DNA of 63,297 nucleotides, filler included, from Reclinomonas americana ATCC 50394 (lineage: Eukaryota), in NCBI GenBank assembly GCA_048213135.1. It is 9 parts of 7 records of this genome, joined end to end, with 100 filler letters (N's around TTAATTAATTAA, not from the genome) between each part and the next. Parts side by side here need not be neighbours in the genome. Positions count along the whole stretch, not along the records: positions 1 to 23,760 come from PS015916.1; 8 more parts are not named here. The stretch is one strand, 5' to 3'. The position numbers were made by a program, and so were the translations under genes. How positions within the stretch are numbered: the first letter of the stretch is position 1; each line of letters starts with the position of its first letter. The notes under the pieces were generated by a model. It was not told the DNA's origin and did not search any database. It saw nothing but the letters and a program-made list of their open reading frames with translations. Positions 1 through 19,500 of this stretch are shown here, piece after piece.

Positions 1-3000
1 AGTACTTGGTGGCGTTGCTGAAGCACGCGCGACGACCGTAGTGACCCGGCTCAATCTCCTGAGCGGTGAACATGGCACGCGCAAACTCGACAAACACCAC
101 GACCCAGCCGGCCGACACCACCACCAGGGTCGAGGTGAGCAAAGCAGCACCGAGACCCGTGGAGGGGACCAGCTCATTGGCCTGCACACAGAGGGGCATA
201 TGAGATACTGAAGAAACGACACATTGTTTGCTTGACGAGTGAAACGCACCTTGATGAGGACGCCAAAGAAGAGAATGACCGACAGGTTGATCCACGCCAG
301 CAGTTGCACGTAGTGGTTGACCTGCTGCTTGTACGGGCGACGCTCGGCGTGACCAATGGCAGTGACCGCCACCACACCGAAAGCAGCTGCGCGAATATAA
401 AGTGAGACACACACAGAGACAAGGGAGTGGACCTTTAGAGAAGTAAAGCACACACCAGCAATCTGAGCCACACTGTTGGCGCGATAGGCCAGCAAGAATG
501 CAGCGAGAACAGCCTGTACCAATAGAATGTGAGATCTCTTGCCGATGCACTTCTCCATCACACGCCAACACACCTTGACAGCCAGATCGACCACACCCCA
601 CCACTCACGCTCAAAGCGGTAATCCAGATGCAACACGCTGTGCAGGTCATACACCGCCTCCCACTCCTTCAGGAGCTGGGCGACCTCCTCGCGAGTCGTC
701 TCCTTCTCCGTGCCAGTCGAGTACAGGTCACGCAGCGGGCGACGAGCCAGCGCCGACGCCTCCGACGTGTCCATCTTGTCGGGCACAGCCTCGACAGCAA
801 CAGGCGACGTAATGGCGCTCAAGCGACGGCTCTGTGTGTGGGGGGGATATGAGAAGACGGGAGAAAAATGGAAAGAGCTGTACGCAAAACGCACCGCGCC
901 GCGAATGTTCTCGTCACCCTGCGACAGCTCGTCGACAGAACCAAGGTCGTCGTCGGCGTCGAGCGTGTGCACATTCTGCTGCGCGCGACGAAGGTCGTCG
1001 AGCAGCTGAGCAGCCGCAAGGCGCTCGTCAATCGGCAACAGCTTGATAAAGCTCGGCAGCGAGTCCTCGTCGACCTCATCGAGTCCCTGCTTGGCCAGCT
1101 GCTTGCGCCTGGTGGAGGGGAACGGGAAAAGGGTGATGTTTAGAAGATGATTATGAGAGAAAGAGATACACCTCCCTTCCACTTTCCCACTTTTCGGAGA
1201 CAGAGGGGAGAAGGAAAGTAAAATCTGTCTTTCCTCTGTGCGACTTTCTCTCTCCTCTGGACTCGCAGACAAAGCATGGCTACTTGCTCCTTCTCTATTC
1301 GTATCAAAAATAAAACAGCTTTCACGGGCGGCGTGTAACTTTCCCACTCTTCCACTTGCCTACTCTTTCATGCCTACTCTTCCGTGCCTACTCTTCCACT
1401 TTCCCACTCTTCCACTTGCCGACTTGCCTGCTCTTCCCCCTTCTCCCTCTCTTCCCCTTCTCCTCATCTCTTCCCCTTCTACCCTCTCCTCCCCCTTCTC
1501 CCTCTCCTCCCCCTTCTCCTTCTCCTCCCCCTTNNNNNNNNNNNNNNNNNNNNNNNNNNNNNNNNNNNNNNNNNNNNNNNNNNNNNNNNNNNNNNNNNNN
1601 NNNNNNNNNNNNNNNNNNNNNNNNNNNNNNNNNNNNNNNNNNNNNNNNNNNNNNNNNNNNNNNNNNNNNNNNNNNNNNNNNNNNNNNNNNNNNNNNNNNN
1701 NNNNNNNNNNNNNNNNNNNNNNNNNNNNNNNNNNNNNNNNNNNNNNNNNNNNNNNNNNNNNNNNNNNNNNNNNNNNNNNNNNNNNNNNNNNNNNNNNNNN
1801 NNNNNNNNNNNNNNNNNNNNNNNNNNNNNNNNNNNNNNNNNNNNNNNNNNNNNNNNNNNNNNNNNNNNNNNNNNNNNNNNNNNNNNNNNNNNNNNNNNNN
1901 NNNNNNNNNNNNNNNNNNNNNNNNNNNNNNNNNNNNNNNNNNNNNNNNNNNNNNNNNNNNNNNNNNNNNNNNNNNNNNNNNNNNNNNNNNNNNNNNNNNN
2001 NNNNNNNNNNNNNNNNNNNNNNNNNNNNNNNNNNNNNNNNNNNNNNNNNNNNNNNNNNNNNNNNNNNNNNNNNNNNNNNNNNNNNNNNNNNNNNNNNNNN
2101 NNNNNNNNNNNNNNNNNNNNNNNNNNNNNNNNNNNNNNNNNNNNNNNNNNNNNNNNNNNNNNNNNNNNNNNNNNNNNNNNNNNNNNNNNNNNNNNNNNNN
2201 NNNNNNNNNNNNNNNNNNNNNNNNNNNNNNNNNNNNNNNNNNNNNNNNNNNNNNNNNNNNNNNNNNNNNNNNNNNNNNNNNNNNNNNNNNNNNNNNNNNN
2301 NNNNNNNNNNNNNNNNNNNNCTCCCTCTCTTCCCCCCTTCTCCTCATTTCTTCCCCCTTTCCCCCCCCCATGCACTCACTTGCCAAGACGAATGGCCGTC
2401 TCACGCCACACAGCCGTCTGATGCAGAGCATCGCGGAAGCGGCGGCGAGCCGGGCCAGAGCGGAAGAGCAGCACGTACAACACCGCCGCCGGGAAACCGA
2501 CGGTGAAGCCGGCCAACATAATGGCGACGAATGGCGAGGCCACAATCCACCGCGCGTCGTAGCACTGCACGGCGAGATCGGCGCGCAGGAACGACGTGCC
2601 GTTCGACAGCGACTGGCACTGGAAGAACTGGAACAGCGGCACCGACACACCCGGGTACAGCAGGAAGCACGCTGCACGACCACAGGTAAGAAGAGAGAAA
2701 GTCGGCAAATGTTGTGCGTGACATCGAGACGCAACTCCAAAACATGCGCTCCAGGTACAACTTCAGGCGCTTGCGTCGCTCACCCTGTGCATCGACAGAC
2801 ACGGTGCGCACGAGGCCCTCGGACTCGGCATTGCTGCCAATCTGTATGCAAAAGAAGATGAGCATCAAGTCGGCCTTATCGGTGGACACAATGAGGGTGG
2901 GTGACGCACAAACTGGAACTCGTGATCCTGCGACTTGTTGTCGCTGCGCTTGCGGTACACCGTCACAAAGTACTGCAGCGTCAACAGACCGAGCAGTGTG

Positions 3001-6000
3001 CCGAGCACCAGCGGGTAGGCCGTCAGGCGGGCATAGAAGCCGGTGCTGCCGGGGAAGGTGCACTCCATGAACGCTGAAGCGCGCAGGAACTCGAGATTCA
3101 TCCAGCCCCACAGCGGCTCGAGCACCTCCAGCTGCTTCGGCCACTCGAGCAGGTACGAGTTGATCACCGCCAACAGTTGCACAATGCCCACCATGACTCG
3201 CAGGTTGGCCAGCACAGTGTTGTTGCGCACAAAGTAGAAGATGCCAAAGATGGCCACCACGCCCTGCAATGGCAAGAAAGAGGTGAGAAACTGCCTCTCA
3301 GACCACAAAATGATCTATATGACAAACATCTCCTCACCAACAGGGTCATGGCCAGAGTCACACCACGCACGGCGGCCGACGGGCATTCTGTACAGATGAA
3401 CAGTGAGCATTCCCAAAAGAACAAGCTTGGTCACCAAGCAGACGCAACGCTTGCAAGTGTTGCCAGAGAGCATGAATCCGCTGGCACAAGTGGCGCAACC
3501 GCGACCAGTAAAGCCAGTGGCGCAAGGAGCTGTAGAGGCACGCACAAGGTGAGTATGAAAATAAGCATCATCATCCTGTGCCGACATAACACACGCAACT
3601 CTCTTTGCGACCCGTGCACGCGCCACGCAGCGGGCACGACAGGAACTCGGTCGAGTACGGCGCAGTCTGCCAAAAACCCGGCTCAGCGCCGAGCAGGTTG
3701 CCCTCAGAGCACATGGCATTGATCGGGCACGGCTGGCATGAGAGGTGCGACGGGCTTGTCTCCACCACCACACCCTTGCAGGGCGCGCACGTCACCACGC
3801 CATCGGCCGACTGTGAGAACGTGCCATCGGGGCAAGCAGCCAGACGGGCGCTCAGCGGCAACGTCACCGCCGGCACCGCCGACGAGCGCACCAGCAGGTT
3901 GAACGACAGCGCAGAGGTCTGCGACGTGCCGACAGACACGTTGCTGAAGCACACGCGACCCTGGCTGGCCTGCGCAGCCACGCTTCCGCTAATGACTGGC
4001 GGGGCGACGACAGTGGCAGCGGCCGCAGCAGCTCGCACGCGCTGGCTCGACGTGTCGGTGCTGTTGGTGCTGCCGGCAAGCGAGTCATCAATCGGGACCA
4101 CCGACGACGAGTCCACCGAGATGGACATGAACGAGGAACTGTCGCCGACAATTTGCTGCAGGGAAGAAACAAGGGCAATGAGTGACAAGAAAGAAGAGAG
4201 AGACACAACAAGAGAGGGAGAAAACCGCAACGTTGCCCAGCTGATCGGTGAGCAGCAGGCAGAACTGCGGCAACTGGCTGCCCGGGAACGTGAGCAGCGA
4301 CAGCGGCGCCGAGGCGTCCACAATCAGACGCGACGGCTTGGAGGCCATGTCGAGACCAATCACACTAAAGTTGCCACCAAAGACATTGTTGTCCATGCGC
4401 GGCTTGACTGAGCTCGGCCAGTACACGGCACCGCCCGACACGGAGGCCGAGTTGTTGTTGAACGTCGAGCCCGTGACGGAGCCAATGGCGCTGTCGCGCA
4501 CGTTCGGATCGACGCTGGTGCCGGCCGAGGCCTGGCGCGGCGACGACGAGGAGGCCAGCGCGTTGACGGTGAACGTCGACACCTGCAGGCTGGCGTCTTC
4601 GTTGAGCAGCAGAGCACCACCGCGCTGCGCCGAGTTGCTGGTGAAGATCGAGTCCTGGATGCTGTAGGTGAACTCCTCCGGAGTCGACAGGCCGACACCA
4701 AGGTACACCGCACCACCGACGCCGCCGCTGGCCGAGTTCTGGTCAAATGTCGAGCCCACAATGCTGACCGTGGCACCCTGCACGCCGGGGCGCGCCGGCT
4801 CCAGCACGTGAATGGCACCACCGTTGCCGGTGGCCGAGTTCAGCGAGAAAGCACCGTTGCTGATGCGCAGGTCCAAGCAGCTGGCGCACGCCACGGCGCC
4901 ACCAAACGCCGCAGAGCCGTGATCGAACGACGCGCGGTTCACCAAAAAGGCAGTGTCGCGACCAACGTACACCGCACCACCAGCGCCGTCGGCACCGGCC
5001 GTGTTGCTGGTGAACGTGGGGGCGGTGTTGAGGCGGAGCGAGCTGTTGTCGTCGGCATAAATGGCGCCGCCAGAACCGGTCGGATCGGAAGCCGAGTTCT
5101 TGTCAAACGTCGACGAGGCAACGCTAACTGACGAACGGAGCATGAAAATGGCACCGCCACCCTCGCCCGTCGCCACATTGTTGCTGAAAACCGCATCGGT
5201 AATCGTGCCGGTCGTGTCCTCGAGGTCCACTGTGTGTGTGCAGAGAAAAGGTGGGTGAGTGAGAGTTGAGAGAGAGAGAGAGAGGATGCGTGGGAGTGAC
5301 GCAACATGCGCCACCACGGCTGCCGTGGTTGCCGGTGAAGAGGGTGCCGTCGGCAATCTGAATGGCCGCAAAGCGACCACGGATGGCCGTCTCCAGATTG
5401 TTGGTGAACTGAGAGCTGGCCAAGTTGGCCGCACCACCCATCACCAATACCGCCACTCGCGGCAGGCTGTCAAACGTGCAGTGCGTAAAGCTGGCGGTCG
5501 AGCTCGGCCCGTTCACCACCACAGTCGCCGCCACCGAAGTCTCCGCCACCGACTCCACAAATGTACTCGAGTCGAGGGCGAGCTTGGCATTGGCCAAGTA
5601 AACTGTCACAAGGGAGTGAGTGACTAAGAGAGAGAGAGACGACGCAAAGCAACACGAGGGAGCGCAACTGGACAGTGCCTCAGTGCGGGCGGCAGAGCTG
5701 CCCGAGAAGGTGAGGCCTTGGCCCGAAAGATTGCTGCCGGCGAGGAACAGAGCACCGCCACCAGTGGCCGACGGGTTGGCAATCGAGTTGGTCAAGAAGC
5801 GCGTGCGCGCAATCTATTTGTTGCACGGAGATTTCTATTAGGGCCTTGTGCAAGGATAAAGCAGCGCAAAAAGTGTGGCACACTCACCGAGAACGGCTTG
5901 GTGGCGTCGCCAATCAAGGCCACGGCACCACCCGACTGACCAGCCGAGTTCGACTGGAACTCACTGTCGGTGATCGAAATCGCGATCGTGTCGCGGAACA

Positions 6001-8878
6001 GAGTGGTCTTGGCCGACACGGCACCGCCCGACAAGCCGGCCCTGATATGTTGAGGTGAGCATCACCACCACACAACAATACGATTCTCACTGAAAACGCA
6101 ACGAATTGCCAGTCAGCTTCACGCTCTGCAGCAGCAAGCTGGCGTCCTTGAGCGCCAGTGCGCCACCGAGACCCGCCGTGGCCGAGTTGCCCTCCAGCGA
6201 AGCATTCTGGATGGTGACCGATGCCGGTTGCGCCGACGCCTCAGCCTCCACGGCAATGGCTCCACCGTCGCCGTCGGCCTGGTTGCCGGTGAAATCGCTC
6301 AACGCCAGCAGACTGGCGCTGCCCATCCAAATGGCACCACCAGCACGACCGGCCTTGTTCATCGTAAAGCTCGACACGCTGTCGACGGTGAGCGAGGTGG
6401 CGTTGAAGTTGCCGACCAAGCTGCCACGCAGCACCAGCGCACCGCCAACACCGGCGGCCGAGTTGCCAGAGAACAGAGTGCCATGGAACTGCGCTCAACG
6501 GGAGTGAGCAGGCTGGCATGGCAACACAAATGTGCGCTTCGAGTTCAAACGCAACGTCGTATGCGGCCTGCACCTCGAGGTACAGAGCACCACCGTCGAG
6601 CTGGGCGTGGTTGTTCGTCACACGAGTGTCGGTGAGGCGAGCGCCCTTAATGGCGACCAAGTTGCCCTCCAGACGCGGCAAGTACACGGCACCACCACGG
6701 AAGGCGGTGTTGCCATTCAGGTTGCTGCGATCGAGACGAATCTCGACACCGCCCGTCAGAGCCACGGCACCACCTCCGCCACCAGCGACATTGCTGTCCA
6801 TGGTGGACTCGCTGATGCGCACCGAGTTGAACGCAGTCGACTGCGTGCGGCTCACACTGCCACCATGCACGTGCACGGCACCACCATTCACGCCAGCACT
6901 GTCCCGAGAACAACGAAGGTCAGTGAAAAATGCAGACAAGGGCGCGTCATCAGCAAAGTGCACACACCGGTTGCTGAGGAAGGTGCTCGAGTGAATCCAC
7001 AGCACCCAGTCGGCGTCGGTGGGTGTGCGCATGCTAATGGCGCCACCGCTCGAGGCCGTGCTGCTGCAGCTAGAGAACTTGCTGCTCACAATCTTGACAG
7101 GGGACTGTCGGCGAGCGCTTTGCGGAGTCACTGAGGATGGAGAGAGGACAATGAGTGAGCAGTGGTGGTGATGATGGGTTTCAGGAATGACAATCCCGCT
7201 CACCGACAATGCGAAGCGCTCCGGGTCCGTCAATGGCCTCCAGGTTGGTAAAGGTGCTCTCGGTGATGGCCAGCGGTGAATCGAGGCACACCGAGGTGGG
7301 GCAATTGTCGACCACACTAATGGCGGGACCGTCCGAGTTCTGCACCGTCCAGTACGCAATCGAGATCGACTCGTTGACGTCGGTGGAGCACGGGCGCGGG
7401 CTCGAGGAGAACGAGCGCACAGACACCAGAGCCTTGGAGTAACCGAGAGCTGACGGACGTCGGTTCGGCAGCGAGAAGCTCGTCCACTGCAGAAAGGAAA
7501 AGAGACAGTGAGTGACACACGAAGCACCTTACAGAGAATACCCCTTTCGCACACAGCACTCACCGACACGCGATCAATGGTCACGCCTGGCGCGGCTGTG
7601 CACAGCGCCACAGCGTCGATCATTTCCACGACTGTGTTGTTGAAGTTGTTGTTGAACTGGACGCCCGTCATGTTCAAGTACAGCTGCGTTCCACGAATCG
7701 TGCCGTCAAACTCCTCATTGCCGAGCGACGGGTCTGTGGCAACAATAAAAAGTGAGTCGCGAAAGAAAACAGCCGTTGGTGGAGGGCGGCAACGCAACAA
7801 GTGGTGGTATCGCGATCCATGCCCGACACGGTGACCGTGTCGAGGGTGACAGCGCTATTCGTGCTGCGCGCCAGCTGCGTGCCGCCGACGACCGTCGACT
7901 TGGAGATCGTGAGCGTCGCTCCGTTGGCACCCTGCCAGAAGAGTGGCTTGCGATCGCGCAGCAGTACGCGCGAGTTGATAATGTTCACCGAGCCACCCTG
8001 CAGCGCACGCACGGCAGCCGTGGTGGAGAGGGAGCCACTGACGGCCGGATTGAACGTGATCTCATCCGAGTCGAAACGGGCAGAGCCGGCGCCGAGCACC
8101 TCAGCGACGCCAGCATCGGGACTGGTGCCGACAACCCAGCCCGACTCGAAAATGAGCGACGAGTCCGTGTCCACCGAGAAGGCCGTCGTACCGGCGCACG
8201 GGTACACTGCAGCGCTGTTCACTTGCAGGAACGCGTTCTGTGATTTGGGGGGGCAGGCGATGAGACAGGGGACTTGTTTGAAGTGGGATGGAAGCCTCGC
8301 TACTGACCTCGAGGAAAAACATGGATCCAATCGAGGAAGGAGTGGAAGCCGACGGTGGGCGGCATCGCACAATTGCGTAATTGACCACTCCGGGTGTAGT
8401 GTCCCACGGGTCGATCGACACACAGGCGTTGCGGACGCGCACTGCTGTCGACACATCATTCGGCAGCTGCTTGGCCACGCGAATGGCGGCCGTGGTGCAG
8501 CCGAGCACGCTTACTTGATTGACGGCCTTGGCCACTGTCAAAAACGGCAAATCGGTGGAGCCGACGCCCGTCGTGTCGTTGCCGTCTTGCGCATGCACGT
8601 AGAGCACTGCACATAAAGAGAAGGGAAGAATGACGTGTGTGAGCTCGACAACTAGACGATGCGGGGTCAGTGCGGGTGTTGGGGGACGCACCGCAGGCCT
8701 TGGAAAAGTCGCACGTGGGTGCAGCGGCCGTCGCATGGACTATAATTGGCGAGTGTGTGAGGGGTGAAAATGAGCAAGCATACGGGGGCGGAGGAGGAGG
8801 ATGAGTACACGCACCGAGAGCGACCAGCAGCAGCACCGTCGCCAGCGCGAGTGCAAAATGGCGGTGCGTTAATGACAT
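1..8878 (-). CDS. Large secreted-ectodomain, multi-pass membrane protein: signal peptide, DUF1565-like start, Chlamydia Pmp-like GGA(I/L/V)/FxxN beta-helix repeats, Cys-rich region, TRP-like C-terminal transmembrane bundle; multi-exon, 3' end outside the window
   Basis: ATG at 8878 gives MSLTHRHFALALATVLLLVALG. Later exons give YVHAQDGNDTTGVGSTDLPFLTVAKAV and many repeats such as FSNNVATGEGGGAI, FDKNSASDPTGSGGAI and FTGNQADGDGGAI. Then CPDGTFS..CAPC..CQPCPINAMC and CATGFTGRGCATC, followed by hydrophobic exons (FLRADLAVQCY, RRPYKQQVNHYVQLLAW). A gap at 1534-2320 lies inside. Confidence 0.8.
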
Positions 8879-9426
8879 CTGCACGCGAATAGACAGACGG
8901 CGAGTGAGTATGGAGTGGAGTGAAACAGAAGAAGATGACCTGCCCCGCCCGCTGCACACCTCTTCTTACTCTAATGTAGAGAATAGAGTGTGTGCGTGTG
9001 TGTGTGTGTGTGCGTGTACAACACGGGCGGTGGGCAAAACAACAAAAACCGCCAACCAGTGAGGTGCACAGTGGGGAAAAATACACAAACAAGGCACTCT
9101 ACTCTCCGCCAACCACCGTGAAGAACGCAAAAACCCACTGAATAACCGTGAAAACGAGGTGGTCGGTCGGAATTTGGGTTTGGTTTGTCCGCAAGCACGC
9201 TCTCTCACACGACAACGCACAGCAGAGTACCACGAAAGACGCGCGCGAGCATGCACAAAGTGTGCGCGTGGAAAGAAAACGCAGAGAAGACTCACCACAC
9301 ACACGCGGCACTGCGGTTTTTTTCTGAAGGGACAATTGCGAAAATCTCTCGTCCAAAACCAGAAAGCCGCGATCGTAACGGTCGAAGTCGACGTCGACTG
9401 AATGGCCAAGTCGCACCAATCGCTGA

Positions 9427-16141
<6,715 letters not shown>

Positions 16142-16197
16142 TTACACAAACACTGTCTTCTTTTATAATTTGCGAAACAATATTATCTCTACCACAT

Positions 16198-16557
16198 TCA
16201 CCAGTCCTCGCACGCCACCTCCTTCTTCATGCGCTCGGTGCGCATCTTTTTCTTCTCCAGCTCGTGTCGCACGGGATCTTGCCGAGTCGTGGGCATATCT
16301 GTGTGTGTGCGCGGTGGTGAGTAGCTGGTGCTGTTGGAGGTTCGCTCGACGACACGGGGACGCAACAGAATCGATCGACTCCCTTGTCCACGATACTCAT
16401 CACGCACGCTGCAGTGAAGAATGGACACAGGCTGCGCACACCGGCGTCAATCACTCGTGTGCGAGCAATGGCATCGCCGGAGATCTCGGGTCGCCGTCGA
16501 ATGGTGGGATACTCGGTAGAGTCGCGTCGCCGATTGCGTTTCTTCTTGTCGCCGGTC

Positions 16558-16595
<38 letters not shown>

Positions 16596-19500
16596 GTAAG
16601 GAGATGGCGGAAATGCAGAGAACAGACAGTCAACGCAACAGCCGAGGAGAAAATGAGATCCATGGTGGCGTTCATCGACATGGTGTCGGGACCTGATGAG
16701 GCACTGAACGTGGGTGGATCGGCCTTGCCGGCGGCGACCACCGTGGCCGACGTGGTGTGCAGCACGGGCATGCCGTCTGCATTCACCGCCGACACCTCCA
16801 GCGTGGGTCCAGCGAGATCGCCGACCGTGCTGCGGATGCTGGACGAGCGCGGCAGTGAGCCCTCCGCAGCCTCGGCCAGTGCGCTACCAGCCGGCGCTCT
16901 CCGTATGCTGGAGGACCGCGGCAGTGCACCCTCAACTGCCTCCGCCACCGCACTACCTGGTGGTGCCCGTCGAATGCTCGAAACGCGTGGGAGTCCGTCG
17001 GAAGCGGCCGCCTCCGCCACTGCGCTGCCGAGAGGAGCGCGACGAACACTCGCCACACGAGGCAATCCCTCGACCTCGGAGGCCGGTCCACGCCGCATGC
17101 TTGAGCTTCGTGGCAGTCCGTCGCCGTCGACTGCGGCCGCCGCCGTTGCCACTGCCGCCGCTGCGTGTGCCGGTGGTGGAGCACGACGCATGCTCGACGA
17201 ACGACGCATACCGACTTGTCCTCTGTGGAAAAAACCACACATTGAGTGACATATCTCTTCTGGGGGAAGACTCGATGCCACGCAACAGAGAGGCCGACGG
17301 AGGAAACTGCGAAAGTGCCTCCAGTGTGCTTCTGGCCGACAGAGACGGTCCTCCAGCTGACCCAGGCACCGACAGCGATGTGCGGCCAGTATTGGGTGTC
17401 GACGGAAGCGGCGAGGCGCCGAGTGTGCTGCCGGCACCAACCCCGAGGCCCACCACACTGTGGTGACGCCCACTTGGTGTGGTGGGCCGTGTGCTACCAC
17501 TGCGCAACGGACGACCATCTCCACCCTCACCCGGCACTGCGAATGCCACCTGTGTTGGCGCGCGTCCGCTGCGAGGTGCTGGCGGAGTGCCAGCCCCCGG
17601 TGTCGGTGCGCCAGAGCCGGAGGCGGAGCCTCCGCCGGCAGACGACGGTGCAGTCACGTTGACAGAGAGGCGACCGCCACCGGGAGGGGCCGATGCCGAC
17701 CTGCGCGAGCCCAACAAGAGCTGCAAGCGGGTCAGTCAAGAGGTGACATGCATTGCATGTGTAGAAACAGTGTCCACGCACTAACCTTTGACACTTTTCG
17801 CGCATTCATCAGTCTCTGTGTGTCCGTGCGCGGCAGGCGCCACTGTGCCTGTGATGGCAAGTGCGGCAGATTGCCGTAAAACATGTCGCCCGAGGGCGAG
17901 AAAAAGAGGACGTCGGATCGCATGCGCTTGTCGACACAGAGCACGACGGCAGCTGGCGACTCGAGCGCACAGATGCGATAGGGAATGGCAAAACTGTCAA
18001 TGTTCCAGCGATGTGACACCGCCGTGTCGTACTCGACGTCGAGAGGCGCCGGTGGCTTGGACACGGCGCCTTCACTGCGCGGCAGCGTCTCCCAGTGCTG
18101 CTGCAACTTGTCTGACGACACCAGCTCGGCCAGCTCCAGCGCTGACAGGCACTGTTCGGCCGTCCAGCGGCGAGTGGGATTCTTGCGCAGGGTCTTGCGG
18201 ATGATCTTGGCCAGCATCGGCTGCTTGACTTGCGACAGATTGAGTGTCAGCTCCAGTGGTCCACACAGTGCCTTGATGCAGTCCTCCTCGCTCCCTTCGG
18301 ACGCCATCAGTGGCTACGGGAGTACAGCAGAGTGAGTGGAGGTAGAAAGAAGGATGGTCTCTCTCTCTCTCAAGTCACCTTGCGGTTGAACATCTCATAG
18401 AGCAGCAGCCCGTAGCCCCACATGTCGAAGGAGCGCAGACCCAACAGCTCGCTGTATTCACCCTGAGAGAGGCGCGCCATTTCCGGTGGACATGTGCTGC
18501 ACACTCGGAGTGTGAGCTTCATCCTTTGTGCGACGACTGCAGCAGCGACAACTACTACTCACTTGATATTCATCCGCTGCTCGAGTGGCTCGTTTTCACG
18601 GCATGCATGCTCAAAGCCGGTCACCTTCCAGCCGGAACCGAAACGCGCCACGTTGGCCGGGGACACGTCGCCGCACACCCAACCCAGTGCATGCAGATCG
18701 CGCAGTCCGCGTGCCACATCAATGGCCACCGAGCAAATATCGGTGTCGCGAATGGAGAAACGCGAGTGCACCAAGTTCGCCAGCGTCTTGTCGGGGTACT
18801 CCATCACCAGACAGCCGTTCGGAGCCTGCGCGGGGTCCTCAAAGTGCTCCCACAGCCGGCACACGTACGGAGACGACACCTCTTGCAGCACTGTGTGTAC
18901 GACAAGAGTGTTTGTGAGAGAGAGAGAGGAGGGGGGATGATCTTGAGATGAGAATGTGTGGACGCACCGGCGAGCGCCGAGTAGTACGCAGGCTTGGACT
19001 CGCAGTACTTGAGCATCACCCGGCGACCAAGTTGCACATCAATGGCGGTGCGCAGGTTCGCGGCCTCCACCGTCTCTTCGGCTTCCGGGGTGAGCAGATA
19101 CCGGCCGCGATACAGGTCCGCTGAGGGGGAATATTGTCAGAAACCAGGTCCCACAAAGGTGATGAACAGCGACTCACCTTGGTGTGCGTCCGTCGCTCGT
19201 TGCTTGAGAAGTAGACTCTGTATGTATGCATTCAACAGTGAGCAGTCATCGCGATGATCAGAGATTGATGCGCTGTTTTCCTTCACGTGCGGCACCTTGC
19301 AATGCTGGTCGGAGAGCACTTTGAGCGCAAAGATGTTGATGCAAGCAGCGTCGCCCTCGGCCGACGCCACGTAAAAATCGTACGACGAGTGCAGGTAGGT
19401 GCAAATCTTCGGCATGGTAGGAACTGCACGCCACACACGCACACACTGGTGAGTCTGATGGTGCAGGGGGGTGTGGAAGAAGACGAACGGTGCACAACTG

